Shown in pieces: positions 12,372 to 23,517 of a DNA stretch of 64,000 bases. Made by a program: the position numbers and the translations under genes. The notes beneath the pieces are model-generated. The model saw only the letters and a program-made list of their open reading frames with translations, did not search any database and had not been told where the DNA came from. Within the stretch, counting starts at the first letter, position 1, and every line of letters begins with the position of its first letter. This DNA is from Diplonema japonicum. Lineage: Eukaryota; Protista; Euglenozoa: Diplonemea. Where the stretch lies: contig OZ025734.1 in assembly GCA_964019335.1 (NCBI GenBank), positions 62,001-126,000 on the forward strand, in the 5' to 3' direction.

Positions 12372-12914
12372 TCACAGTACCACACCTCTGCCTCGAAGCA
12401 GGTCCTTTGCAGCAGGGCACGCATTCACTATGATGGCCCCCAGGGACGCGTCCGGCCGCTGCGTTTCAAAAACCGACACGATCTCAGCCCATTGCTGCGG
12501 AGACGCAATGTCAGAAAGGCGACGGTAGAGCACTGCTGGAGTGGGCAGCGCATCTATCAGACTGTTAAGAAAACTGTAAGCGTCAAAGGGAGGCGGCCTA
12601 GAAGGGTCCATGTAAGGCTGCAGGGGTGCCACTGTGCTCAAGGGCTCATCTTGCCGAACTACCTCTCGCCTCAGAACTTCTTCATTCACAAAGTTTGTCA
12701 ACCGCAGTGCCTCCTTCTGAGCCTCAATGAGGTCGTAGGTCAGGGACTGAAGAACGTCATCTTGACGGGCTAGCTCCGATCTCCCTTCCCCCAGCTCTTT
12801 CAGCACACAGTCCACTAGCTTCTTGTACCCCAAAGGATCAGTGTCGTAGAGGTGCCCCAACCTCTCCCTTAGCTGCAGCATTGACATGTCCTTCGTCCTC
12901 ATCGCCATTGCATT
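12372..12914 (-). CDS. Hypothetical protein
   Basis: GC-balanced ORF of ~180 aa between homopolymer spacers; no family recognised; start approximate. Confidence 0.6.
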   Translation of the reverse strand, partial: NAMAMRTKDMSMLQLRERLGHLYDTDPLGYKKLVDCVLKELGEGRSELARQDDVLQSLTYDLIEAQKEALRLTNFVNEEVLRREVVRQDEPLSTVAPLQPYMDPSRPPPFDAYSFLNSLIDALPTPAVLYRRLSDIASPQQWAEIVSVFETQRPDASLGAIIVNACPAAKDLLRGRGVVL

Positions 12915-13341
12915 GGGTCGTCTGTGAGTTTTCACGGCTAAAAAAAACTAGATAAAAAAAAAAAGAGAAATTTTGACAACAGAGGGGAGGGGGGGGGGGG
13001 GCATCTAATGAGAAGGGAAAAAGTTTTTTTTTTTAGGGGTTGAATCTTTTTTTTTTTCACAAATACGAATGATGAATAAAAAAGGAGTTTTTTTTTTTTT
13101 TTATCCACGCAGAAAAAAAAAGGTGGTATAAAAATCTTTTTTATTTCATTTTTTTGTTCGAGGGGGGGGAATTCCGCTTTTCTCTTCACCCCCCTGTCTC
13201 GCGCACCTGGCTAAAATGCATAAGTATTGTTCGAAGAACGGGAAGAAAAATAAGTGGACATTTTTGAAAAAAGTTTGCTGCCAGCTCTGGGGTCACCTCG
13301 TTCTGTGCCCTGCGAGTGTAGTGAATGAGAAATAGCAGCGT

Positions 13342-13378
<37 letters not shown>

Positions 13379-13460
13379 CCCAAGGGCTTTTCAGGAAAAA
13401 AAACCTCCCCTTTTTTTTTGAAACAAAATAATAGCTGAAAATCTTTTGTCGAGTCGAAGG

Positions 13461-13496
<36 letters not shown>

Positions 13497-13535
13497 TGGG
13501 CCTTGCTTTTACAATACAAAAAAAAAAAAAAAAAA

Positions 13536-14633
13536 TCAGTAGTAATGCGTAGAACCAACAACCTCCGCATGCTGCCGTTTAAGCATCGACTTCTTCCTTT
13601 CAAGCTCCATGACCTTAGCCCGTAGTGCAGGGATGGAACTATGAGAGACAGAGTCGGAGTGTGCCGAGGGTGACATCACCCGAACAGGGCGGGCGGGTGC
13701 TATGTTCCGCTGGTCGGGGCCCAACGGCGGGGAGGACCTCAACTGCAAAGCAACAGTGTTGCTCTCTATCAGGTCCGCCCTTGCGGCCGCCTTCCTCTGC
13801 TCCAACTGCCTGTGGTGGATCTCTTCCGCCATGTCCACAAGCTTCTTCTGCTGCACCTCCACAATGTTGGTGAGATTCCTGACCTGCTTGTCAGAATCCT
13901 CGTATTTCTGTTTATACTTATCAGAAGCATTTCTGACAGAGAGCATCTCTGAGTTCAAGGACTGTATGGTGCTGCACGCCTCGGAGAGGGAGTGGTGTAC
14001 CATTTCAACTTCCTTCCTGTGGTTTTCCATTGTTTTTTCAGTGATTTTCTCCCATTCCTCAGCTTGGGTGAGCCATTTTTTGCTGTGGGTTTCCAGTTCA
14101 GCTTGCATCCGGTTCGCGTTGGCTTCTGCGAGGTCGCGGTCTGCCTCAGCAGATAGCGTCATTTCCTTAGCACGGACAAGCTGTGCTTGGAAGTCTGCTT
14201 TTTCCTCCGTCAGGCTCAGGACCGTTTCTGTGAGGGATTGAACTTGTGTTTCTTTGTTTCGCAGTGCGCCGGAGAGCTCCCCGGCATTTATGTTCCGTAT
14301 TGTACTCTTCACGCGGGAGGAATTTTGAACGGGAGTTGTCGATGAAAGAGGTTCCCTGTCCACCATGTACTGCGCCCTGTAGTCGAGGTAGCTACCGTGT
14401 GAGTAGCCTACTGGAACAGGTGGAGCAGCTTCTGGTGTTTGATACAAAACGTTGCTGACAGGAGCGGCGGTGACGGCGTTTATATCGCCTGCATTGAACG
14501 CGTACCGGTGGTCTGGCAAGCTTGGGCTGCGAGGTACTACATCATCACGGTACCCCACAGCGCTCCCCGACAGGTACCTATTGACGTCTTCGTTTCTATA
14601 CAACACAGAAGGGAGTGGCAGTGCGGGGACCAT
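13536..14633 (-). CDS. Hypothetical coiled-coil protein
   Basis: 365-aa ORF with a central heptad-rich region. Confidence 0.75.
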   Translation of the reverse strand: MVPALPLPSVLYRNEDVNRYLSGSAVGYRDDVVPRSPSLPDHRYAFNAGDINAVTAAPVSNVLYQTPEAAPPVPVGYSHGSYLDYRAQYMVDREPLSSTTPVQNSSRVKSTIRNINAGELSGALRNKETQVQSLTETVLSLTEEKADFQAQLVRAKEMTLSAEADRDLAEANANRMQAELETHSKKWLTQAEEWEKITEKTMENHRKEVEMVHHSLSEACSTIQSLNSEMLSVRNASDKYKQKYEDSDKQVRNLTNIVEVQQKKLVDMAEEIHHRQLEQRKAAARADLIESNTVALQLRSSPPLGPDQRNIAPARPVRVMSPSAHSDSVSHSSIPALRAKVMELERKKSMLKRQHAEVVGSTHYY

Positions 14634-14762
14634 TGTGCATGTTGATCACCTGGTTGAAACGGTTTTTTTTTTTTTTTTTTTTCTTTTTTTTTTTTTTAAA
14701 AAAAAAGAAGCGGGGACGAAGGGGATGGGGGGGTTCTTTCGATATGTATCTTTTTTTTTTTT

Positions 14763-15696
14763 TCACTCGGCTGTGTCCGCCACGTCTCTCTGTGTGTTCA
14801 ACCGAAGACCGATTTGGTTCTTCAGCTCGTCTGTCAAAACAACGATTAGAACGGTCATGTTGTCACAACCGTACCCAGGGGCCTGGGGTGCAAGACATCT
14901 TTTTTATTTTTTATTTATTATTATTATTTTTTTTTTTTTATCCACACCTGTCGCATACATCTTCGCATATTTTGGCAGGTTTCATACCGGTTTGCAGCCT
15001 TCGGCGGACAAAGTCAATGACCTCCTCGTTGGTCATAACATCCCAGATTCCATCACATGCCAGGACTACAAACTCATCGTCAGCCTGTACGGGTGTGAGA
15101 GTGACGTCGGGGTTAGCAGTGACAACTTGTTTCTCCTGCGGTAGGTCGGGGTTTTGCTTGTATTCAAAGTCACCTAAAGCCCGGCTGAGCGCGAGCGAAC
15201 CGTTGACCCTGCCCCCTGTTACATGTCCACCAGCTGCCGCGATCCGCTGGGCTTCGATTTCGTTGTTCGGTTTGTGATCGAAGGATAATGGGTGCGGCCT
15301 TCCACCTCTGCACAAGAGGCACCTACTGTCACCAGCATTGCCCACCACAAAGAACCCGTCAGGTGTGATTAGACATGTTACTGCTGTGCAACCACTACCG
15401 TCGTCTTCCGTGACCGTTTCCTCCAACAGTGTGTCGAAGGCTAGGAAGCCTTTTCTCACGGAGGGCTCCCAGTTGCCCTCTTCGAACTCTTTTGTTTCTG
15501 CAATCTTTCCGTGAAGATGTTTTGCGGCGTACCTTGCCGCTCTGTGGGGGGGGGGGGGAGTGGGTTTTAGTGGGGGCTACATACCCTTTCCCGCTGTGGC
15601 CGTCAAATACCCCGAAAAACCCGCACCCGCCTTTATTCGACCCTTTGAGTTCCAAAACTACTGAATGGGCGTCTTCCATTCCCTTTCGCCATCCCT

Positions 15697-15734
<38 letters not shown>

Positions 15735-15830
15735 TGTTACCTGCATTTCGCTTGCCCCCACCATGAGCAATTCATTCTCGTTTTCAACACTGGCCTTCTC
15801 CGTCACCGGTTTCCCGATAGTATCACCCAT
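14763..15830 (-). CDS. Protein phosphatase 2C (PPM family), 4 exons
   Basis: Splicing GT-AG introns 15695-15740, 15542-15584 and 14899-14947 restores MQGWRKGMEDAH, VFDGHSG, GNAGDSR, LALSRALGDFEYK, VLACDGIWDV and GCDNMT; stop at 14763. Confidence 0.93.
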
Positions 15831-16084
15831 TTTCTCTTTTTCTTTTTTCTTTTTTTTTTTTGTAATAAATATCTCCTCCCCTCTCCAACCGTCTATTATT
15901 TTTTTTTTTTTCTCTTCCCCTCCCCCCTTTTTTTTTTACGGACAAAAAAAGAAGAGAAAAAAAATCGCTGTAATCGCTTTCCCCCCCTCCCGTTTTGTTA
16001 GTACTTAGTGACCGGTAACCGGTTTTCTCTCTTTTTTTGTTTGTTGTTTACAATATATATATATATATATATTTTTTTTTACTA

Positions 16085-16481
16085 CTATTTTCCCTTCAAC
16101 CCGGCGTAACCAGGGGGTGGGTTTGCCCATATCTGTGTTTTTGTTGTACATTTCTTTTTTTTTTTTTTTTTTTGAAATATCCCCCCCTCTCCCTCCTCAA
16201 TACCTGTTTTATCACGTCACCCATCACGGTAGTCGAAGGACCCCCCTTGTTCCCTCTTTCGTGTTGGCCATAAATGGGCCCGTGGCTGTGGGCCACCCAG
16301 ATATTTCCAGCTGTAAAAAAAAAAAAAAAAAAACTCTCTCCCGGTCACACACACACACACACCTGGCTTGTATTTAGTAGAACGGACAATGAAGTAAGGC
16401 CCGTGGGTCTCGTACCCAGAAGCACCCGGGACAGCTGCTGCAGATGCTGCGAGTCCAGGCATCTCAGCGTGTAAAGTGTAA

Positions 16482-16524
<43 letters not shown>

Positions 16525-16550
16525 CTCCTCCCCACCTCACTCTCTCCACA

Positions 16551-16585
<35 letters not shown>

Positions 16586-17437
16586 TCGACAGGGAACTGA
16601 CGAAATTTCGTAAGAAAAAAAAAAAAAAAAAATTCACTTCACGACCTTCCCAAAGTCTGGGTTGTACGTGAAGGATTTCACGGAACCGGGGCACGACGCA
16701 TCGGGGAGGGACACTGTGGGAGGCTGCCCGAAATGTTGGATGTGGGACTCGAGGTACTGTTGTGCCCAGAGCCGCGACCGTTTTGCACGGGGCGCAAAAC
16801 GGGAGGAGCCGGGCCTCCTGCCGGGGTCCCCCCGCGTGTGTTGCTGCTGCTGCGAAATATAATCCTCGATCTCGAGCGATGTGATCTTGCTTTCAATAGC
16901 CGGTATGGTCATACCAGGGAACTGCATGTACAGGTTACGCTGGTCAGGTTTTGGAGCGGCCCCTAGAACCATATCAAGCTCTTGCCGTAAGCATCGATTC
17001 TCTGTACGGACTATATTAATAGTGGGGAGCTTTTTAAGCCGTGAGAGGACCTTTTCGAGGGCAACGCTGCTCTCTGAGCAGATTCTTGCGAGCAGCCTCA
17101 TACGGTTATGTTCAGATGGGTTTTTCTCTTTCATGTTCTCCAGGTGCTTCAGCTCCTTTAGGAGCGGTGCTTTGTACTCACTCCATGCTTTTTGAACACC
17201 TTCTTCGTATCTACCGTGTGTTGTCTCTTGTTCAGGTGGGGCGGTTGTAGGGCTATCTGTGGAAGAGCCTTTTAGTAAGCTTTCTCGTGCGCCAAATTGC
17301 TCTTTCAAGCCTTCTACAGTCCTAATGCGTATTCCACCGGTGTCACCTAGGTCTACGCATATATCACTCCCGCAGACCCCTCTGGCATCTATTACTCTTC
17401 TTCGCCTTACGATTGTTCTTAGCCTGTCGGTTGGCAT
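16085..17437 (-). CDS. Hypothetical protein, 5 exons including a 19-nt micro-exon (16536-16554)
   Basis: GT-AG introns 16555-16637, 16484-16535, 16311-16362 and 16133-16203 give a continuous frame ...FGKVVNFCGESEGYTLHAEMPG...KYKPAGNIWVAH...DVIKQIWANPPPGYAGLKGK*. Confidence 0.6.
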
Positions 17438-17441
17438 TTCT

Positions 17442-17472
<31 letters not shown>

Positions 17473-17627
17473 CTCTCCCTAAAAAAAAAAAAAAAAAAAA
17501 AAATAATAATAATAATATTGGGAGAGATAGAGAGGACGTAGAGAAAGAAAAGTTGTCTCGGGGGTTTTTTTTTTTTTTTTGAATGGTTTTTTTTTTGAAA
17601 AACGAGATTTTTTTTTTGTTGTTGTGC

Positions 17628-17666
17628 GGGAGCCACCACAGGGAGGTTGGAAAAACATTGGTCCCC
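17628..17666 (-). ncRNA. Truncated remnant of HDV-like ribozyme family B (P1-P2-P3-P1' only)
   Basis: GGGGACCAATGTTTTTCCAACCTCCCTGTGGTGGCTCCC is nearly identical to the first half of 31569-31644; P1.1, P4 and J4/2 are absent. Confidence 0.7.
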
Positions 17667-18024
17667 TTCTTTTTTTTTTCTCTTTTTTTTTTCTTTTCCC
17701 TCCCTTTATTCATCATTCCCCCCCCCCCCCCCCCCCCCTCCTCCGGCTTATAGAAAACTAAAACGGAAAAAAAATCGAAAAGAAGATAATAAAAAAAAAG
17801 AGCTATAAAGGGGTCATAGAAAAAGGAAGCGAGCCGCATCCCCCAAAAATGCCTTTCCCCCCTCACAAAACAGCAAGCTTTTTTTCCCCCCCTTCTTTTT
17901 TGTTTCCCTTTTTTTTTTTTTACCCGTATTCCTAATGAAAGGTAAGGGGAGAAAAGAATAGAGGGGAGAAGTATAAACAACGCACCCTCTTTTTTTTTCT
18001 TTTTTCTTTCAAAAAAAAAAAAAT

Positions 18025-18325
18025 GGGGCTTTGATTGCAACACTAGGTGGCGTTAAGCGTGCAATGAAGCACGAACTACCTACTTGATTACAGGGGGCGC
18101 TCCTCGGCCGAGCAGTGTCCTTAATGCGTGCGGTGTGCTCAACCCTAGCCGGGGCGTCCCGGGTAACCAAGATTCTGCGCTCGTGCAGTTTGCTGCCTGT
18201 TCGTCACCCTGAGTATCTGCGTTACGTTCTTCCACTCAGGCGCTACCGGTGATGACCGACGAGGAGGTCAACAGCGAACAACACATCTGATGTACTTCTT
18301 ATATTTCCATGTTATCCCCACCACC
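18025..18325 (-). mobile_element. Repeat A copy 1: ~300-bp SINE-like element headed by an HDV-like ribozyme
   Basis: Homologous to 24021-24263 and 27662-27917. The 5' end sits at a T-tract-AG junction and no credible ORF is present. Confidence 0.75.
18188..18325 (-). ncRNA. HDV-like self-cleaving ribozyme, family A (apparently complete)
   Basis: P1 GGUGGUG/CAUCACC; long J1/2; P2 GCUGUUG/CAGGCAGC (one bulge); P3 ACC/GGU; L3 UCCUCGUC; P1.1 CC/GG; P4 CCUGAGU/ACUCAGG; J4/2 ACGAA with the putative catalytic C at 18203. Confidence 0.75.
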
Positions 18326-18360
<35 letters not shown>

Positions 18361-18372
18361 AAAAACCCATGC

Positions 18373-19197
18373 TCAGATCATGGTGACTACAGTTTCTTCC
18401 TTGCCCACGCCAGTACCGTTCCAATGTTCGTCAGTGCAGACTGTGATGACAATGGCACTGTTCCCAACCTTGCGGAAAGGAGGGGGAGAGGGCGAAGGAG
18501 AAGGAGAAGGAGAAGGAGAAGGAGAAGGAGAAGGAGAAGGAATAGGAGGTGACACACACACATCGGCATCCATCTGCCGTGTCTCCTGCATTATAGCATC
18601 AGACGAAAAATTTGGCGGCGTAGGTGCGGGGCTAGAAACTGGTGTAGATGCATGCAGAGTAGAACCCTTCCCAGAGTTCTTGACATCCCACAACTTGGAC
18701 TTCATCTGTGGGGTGACGTAGTTGGCATCCTTACATCTATCTCTGAGAGTGCACAGCTCGTCAGTGGGCTGCTTAAACTGGATGTCGAGAGTCCCTCCTG
18801 CATTACGAACTGCCTTGCTGAGGATGGATTCGAAGGCTGTCAGTGCGCTCCCCTCTGGGCGGTTCCGCCTGTCGTCCCTCACCCTGAAGAGGATGACCGG
18901 TTCGGAAGGGTCCTTTGTGGTGATGCAGACCTCGCTGCTGCATGGCGTCTTGTCCGTTGTGTCCAAAGGGTTCAGCTGTTTCATTTTGACCTCCGCCACA
19001 TCTGCCATTTTCACCACTCTTGCAACGTCCCCGTTCACTACGGTCAGCATTAGGTACTGATGGGACATGAGCAGGAGGCGTTTCTGCCTCTTGTTCTTGC
19101 TCGTGATGTGCATGACAACCCATGCCAGGAGGATGGTCTCCGCGTCGCACAGTTGCTTGAAGTCCGGGTGTACCTTTAAGGGCACGTTCGCCAGCAT
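18373..19197 (-). CDS. PH-like (myosin TH1-type) domain protein with a Ser-Pro repeat; paralog of 22436-23344
   Basis: ILLAWVVMHITSKNKRQKRLLLMS...GDVARVV pattern; (SP)n encoded by (GAAGGA)n at ~18493-18540. Confidence 0.7.
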   Translation of the reverse strand: MLANVPLKVHPDFKQLCDAETILLAWVVMHITSKNKRQKRLLLMSHQYLMLTVVNGDVARVVKMADVAEVKMKQLNPLDTTDKTPCSSEVCITTKDPSEPVILFRVRDDRRNRPEGSALTAFESILSKAVRNAGGTLDIQFKQPTDELCTLRDRCKDANYVTPQMKSKLWDVKNSGKGSTLHASTPVSSPAPTPPNFSSDAIMQETRQMDADVCVSPPIPSPSPSPSPSPSPSPSPSPPPFRKVGNSAIVITVCTDEHWNGTGVGKEETVVTMI

Positions 19198-19420
19198 TTC
19201 CCCCTCCCCCCCTTTTTTTTTGTTTGTTGTGTTATACAAGAGGATAAGAAAAAGAAAATCAGATAATCATCCGGGCGCTTGGGTGCCTTAGCGCCCGTCA
19301 CGCACCCTACCTGCCAACTATCACCAACGGGCCTACCCGGTCCGGTGTGCTATCTTTCGATACAAGGCACCTGGGTCTTCATTCAACCCTGTTACCCTGT
19401 TAAGGTTTCTTACCATCGGG

Positions 19421-19462
<42 letters not shown>

Positions 19463-19530
19463 GCTACAAACTAACATTAAGGGACAACGTTGTGTTATCA
19501 AAACGAGAAAAACAAAAAAAAATATATGAG

Positions 19531-21609
19531 TTAAAGGAAGTCTTTGTGAGACGCCCCCTTGTTCTCATCTTCTACCTGCACCTATCCCCTTTCAGCAGCG
19601 GTTTCTCCTCCTTTGGTGGTCTTGCCGGCCTTCTCCCCAGCCTGGCCGCTCTTTCTCTTCGTTCTCTCGCCCATTGTCCTTTCAACGCCTCTAGGTCTTG
19701 CTTGGTCTTCGGTGATGCAAATATCGCCCTCCTGTTCCATCCGATCACCGCCTTTGTCCTCCCGATGGATCGTAGTGTGTGCACCCTTGTGCTCGGCTCA
19801 GCTGGGAAGGCCCTCCTTCCTTTCACCTTCTTCAGTACCCTCCCTAGCTCCCATGTGTGCCAGATCTTCTTCATCAGTCCATGCAATCTCCTCGCTTTCT
19901 GCTGTACTTCTGCGAGATCCCCCAGCTTCCCTCCAAGGGTCTTCCCGGTCACGTTCTCGAAATCCAGTGCCAGCTCCACCGTCGACACTGATGTGTTTCT
20001 GCTGCCTGCATACCAGCGCAGTTGCCGCATCCACCTCAGCACCTCCTTCGTGTACTCACGTAGGACATCCCCTGCCGGTAGCTTGCCGAAGTCCTTGTCC
20101 GACGGTACTGGGTGTTCTTGACCTTGTGTGATCTCCAGCCACTGGTGTGTGTGGTACACCTCCTGCCTCTTCGCTTGTAGGGCTGCGTCCCGCTCCCCCA
20201 CCACCGCCAGCAGGTACCTCTGCGTTCCTTCGAGCCTTTCCCTGACATCCTTCCCTGCTCCCCTTGGCAGGATGCCATGCAGCTTCGTACACGGTTCCAG
20301 CCCCCTGCGCGTCATGCCTTCGTGTTCTTCCCGCTGTTGCACTTCCTTGGCCTTTTCGCACTCCCACAGTGCGTGCTCCAGCATGTTGGGCAGCTGTTGC
20401 TCCTGACCGCAGATGTCGCAGTGTGCCGTCGTGGGTTCGGCCTGCTTAGCCTCTTGCTTCCTCGCCTCCGCAATCAGCCACTTTTCGGTGTCCTGTCCTT
20501 TCTCTTCTTCTTCTTCTTGTTCATCTTCAGCCTCGTCTTCATCCTCGTCTTCTTCTCCTTCCGCCATCGGGATGTGCTCCACCGTGTCCGTGCGCCATCC
20601 CCGTGGGTTGATGTAGAACACTGCCCCCGAGATGATCCTTCGCACGTCCCTTGCTGCAATCGGGTCCGTCACCACCAGCTTCCTCCACAGCGCGTTGGTC
20701 TCCGCTGCTGCCGCAGCTTCCATGCCCCCATGGTGCTCCGTTTGCTCATGATTTCCTGTGCTTCCGCCCGCCTGAGTCGGTCCCTGATGTAGTGCTTGTA
20801 GGGCTCCTTTTCCAGTGCGTGGGTGTCCTTCAGCTGTGCCCAGCTTAACTTGATCTGAGGCAGCCACCTTTCCATCATGATGCCCACCGGTCCCAGCGGT
20901 ATCTTCTTCCCGCTGTACCGTTTGGCAATGGCGTCGCAGCGTGTCCACAGCTTGTCGTCCTTCTTGCAGGCTCTGTATAGGAGCATAAGTGCCCTGTATG
21001 CGGCTGTCATCTGTGGGTGGCTCGTGTGTCCCGGCAGTGTCACGGATAGTACTGTGCCTGGGTTCCTGGTGCAGTACTTCTGCCCCCAGAGCGCGTACGT
21101 GGTCTCCTTCACCAGCGTGGCCATTTGTCCCGTTTTCGGCGGTGAGAATGGGCAGTCGTAGAGGCAGCTCGGTAGGATCGTGCTGCTGATGATCTTCGCC
21201 TTCTGCTGAAAGGACAACGGCGTTGCTCCCAGCCTGCTCGCGTCCCGAGTGCCTCCGCCGTCCTGTCGCCGTTGGTTTGCGGCCTGCCGTCTGTCCGCAG
21301 CTTGGCTCCCAGTACTCCTACAGTCCGTGTCGGCTGCAGTTCCTCGCCTTTCACCTTCACCTCCGGTGTCTTCCTGTTCACTGCAAAGGTCTTCGTCTTC
21401 CTGGTGTTGAGCTTCATCCCCACCTGTTTGCAGAAGGCTTCCACTGCGTCTACGCCTTCCTGCAACGCCGCACCGAGCCGTGCCAAGAGGTATGCATCGT
21501 CCGCGTAAGACAGCGAGCGGACCCCTGTGTCGTTCTCCACCTGCTTCATTAGTACCGCCAACAGCGCGTTGATGAGTACCACTGAAATCGGGCATCCCTG
21601 AAGGATTCC
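19531..21609 (-). mobile_element. 5'-truncated non-LTR retrotransposon (RT C-terminal half plus CCHC zinc finger), frameshifted
   Basis: Begins at GILQGCPIS and continues through SYADD, GMKLNTRKT and VGVLG. Two frame changes follow, then CDICG...LEHALWEC, with a stop at 19572. Direct repeat A9TATATGAG (19514-19530) and A12TATATGAG (21610-21629) is interpreted as a target-site duplication. Confidence 0.9.
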
Positions 21610-21870
21610 AAAAAAAAAAAATATATGAGGAGAGGCGGGGGAGGGGGGATAGAACCCACATTTAAGTGTTTTTTTTTTTTTTTTTTTTTTGTATGTCTTT
21701 TATTTTTTCCTCTTTTAACTGGAGACAATGGGTGGGGGGAGAAAAAAGAATGTGCCTTTTGTTTTCTTAAGAACAACACATTCATTTTTTTTGGGGGGGA
21801 GCTGCTTCGAAAAAAAAAGTAAAAAAAAACCAAACAATTACAACAAAAAATCAAAGGGAAGACAAAAAGA

Positions 21871-21962
21871 AGAACTGGCCGTTGTTTGTACGTGCCGGGT
21901 AAAACCTGGAGAAGTTTGTCAACCCGAAACACGTTGCCAACGTTCCCCTTTTGTTTAGACAA
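21871..21962. repeat. Diverged dispersed repeat C; second copy split between ~25572-25595 and ~25961-26025
   Basis: Shared blocks aactggccgt..tacg, aaacct.gagaag, acgttgccaac.ttcccctttt. Confidence 0.55.
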
Positions 21963-22435
21963 GTCAAAGACTCGTTCTTGCAAAAAAAAAAAAAAAACCC
22001 CCAATGAGAAACATTACTATGAACATAACACACCCACAGATACGAGAAGAAAGAATAGAGAAAAAAGAAATCCTGCTCACAATTCGCTAAATGAAAGGAC
22101 GGAAGATTTCTTTTTTTTTCTTTTGTATTGTTTTGTTTTCTCTTTTTCTTTCTTTTGTTTCCCCCCCTCCCCCTTTTCTTTTTTTCCTTCCTTTTCTTTT
22201 TTTTTTTTGCTTCTTTTGGAAATTGATTGAAAGGGGTGTGTGTGCGTGCGAAAAAAAAAAAAAAAAAAAAAAAGAAGGTAGTGGGGACAACATTTTCCTG
22301 GGCTTATCCTTTCCACAGCGGGTGAACACCCTGACTGTACACAACATAAAAAAAAAAAAAAAAAATCAACCGACTCCCATCTTTTTTCTTTCTTTCTTTC
22401 TTTTTTTTTTTTTTTTTTTTTTTTTCCCCACCCCA

Positions 22436-23344
22436 TCAAACCACGCCCACAGTGATCGTGATGGCCGTGTTCCCGTTCGCCTTATGTTTCGGGTAGGCTC
22501 TCTCTGGCGACCTGAACGAAGGGGGAGAATACGAAGGACCAGGAGGAGAATACGAAGGACCAAGAGGAGAATGGAATGACGGGGGAGAAGTCTCTTCTTT
22601 GGGAGGAGGCGGAGGTGGCGGCAACAGCACCGCCTCTTTCGGCGGCGGGGAAGAATAAACTGGACTCTGCGCTTCTTGCACTTGCTGCCCTTGAACCAAA
22701 GACTCCGCAGGAGAACCAAAATTAGGCACAGCCTGCTGCTCACCAGTCCCAAGCGGAGAAGGAGAAGTAGGTGGGGAAGGTTCCCTACAGGCATTTATAG
22801 TCTGATTAATCTCATCATTAGAAGCCCATCTTTTTTTCTTCTCCAAAGGTGTTACGTAGTCCGTGCGCTTCCTCAAATCCTCTGATGAGCACAACGGTTG
22901 CCCGTTACCTATTTGACTGAACTCACAGTCTCCTTTGGACTGAGCAACACTAGCTTTCAAAATGTCTTCGAATTGTTGAATATTGCTCCCCTCTGGGCGG
23001 TTCCGCCTGTCGTCCCTCACCCTGAAGAGGATGACCGGTTCGGAAGGGTCCTTTGTGGTGATGCAGACCTCGCTGCTGCATGGCGTCTTGTCCGTTGTGT
23101 CCAAAGGGTTCAGCTGTTTAGCCTTCACAGTTGCCAAGTCCTGTAGTTTTATGACCCTTCTAATGTCGCCGTCGGGCATCACAATAAACAGGAACCCTGT
23201 TGATATCAAAACCAGCCTCTTTTGTCGCTTGTTCTTGCTCGAAATCTGCATCACCACCCATGCTAGAACGGTGGTGTCCTTCACCGCTCGCAGTGGTTTT
23301 AGGTACTCCGGGTGGATCTGGACTGGGGTGAGTTGAGCGGGCAT
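22436..23344 (-). CDS. PH-like domain protein with a Pro/Ser-rich tail; paralog of 18373-19197
   Basis: VLAWVVMQISSKNKRQKRLVLIS...GDIRRVI; shares an identical 135-bp block with its paralog. The 3' end may continue through further small exons. Confidence 0.7.
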   Translation of the reverse strand: MPAQLTPVQIHPEYLKPLRAVKDTTVLAWVVMQISSKNKRQKRLVLISTGFLFIVMPDGDIRRVIKLQDLATVKAKQLNPLDTTDKTPCSSEVCITTKDPSEPVILFRVRDDRRNRPEGSNIQQFEDILKASVAQSKGDCEFSQIGNGQPLCSSEDLRKRTDYVTPLEKKKRWASNDEINQTINACREPSPPTSPSPLGTGEQQAVPNFGSPAESLVQGQQVQEAQSPVYSSPPPKEAVLLPPPPPPPKEETSPPSFHSPLGPSYSPPGPSYSPPSFRSPERAYPKHKANGNTAITITVGVV

Positions 23345-23517
23345 TACTTTTTTTTTTTTTTTTTTTCTTTTTTTTTTTCCCCCCGCCCCCTTCCCTCCCC
23401 CCCCCACCGCCCCCTCTAGTTTGTTGGTGACATGGTTTCAAAAAAAAAAAAAAAAAAGAAAATGAGATGGGAGGAATGGGAAAAAAAAAAAAGAGGGGGA
23501 AAAAAATGGAGTTTGAG

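Noticed and set aside
18250-18291. C/D-box-like TGATGA...CTGA on the plus strand
   Set aside because: Too short, antisense to transcription, and it is the reverse complement of ribozyme P1'/P3/J1-2.
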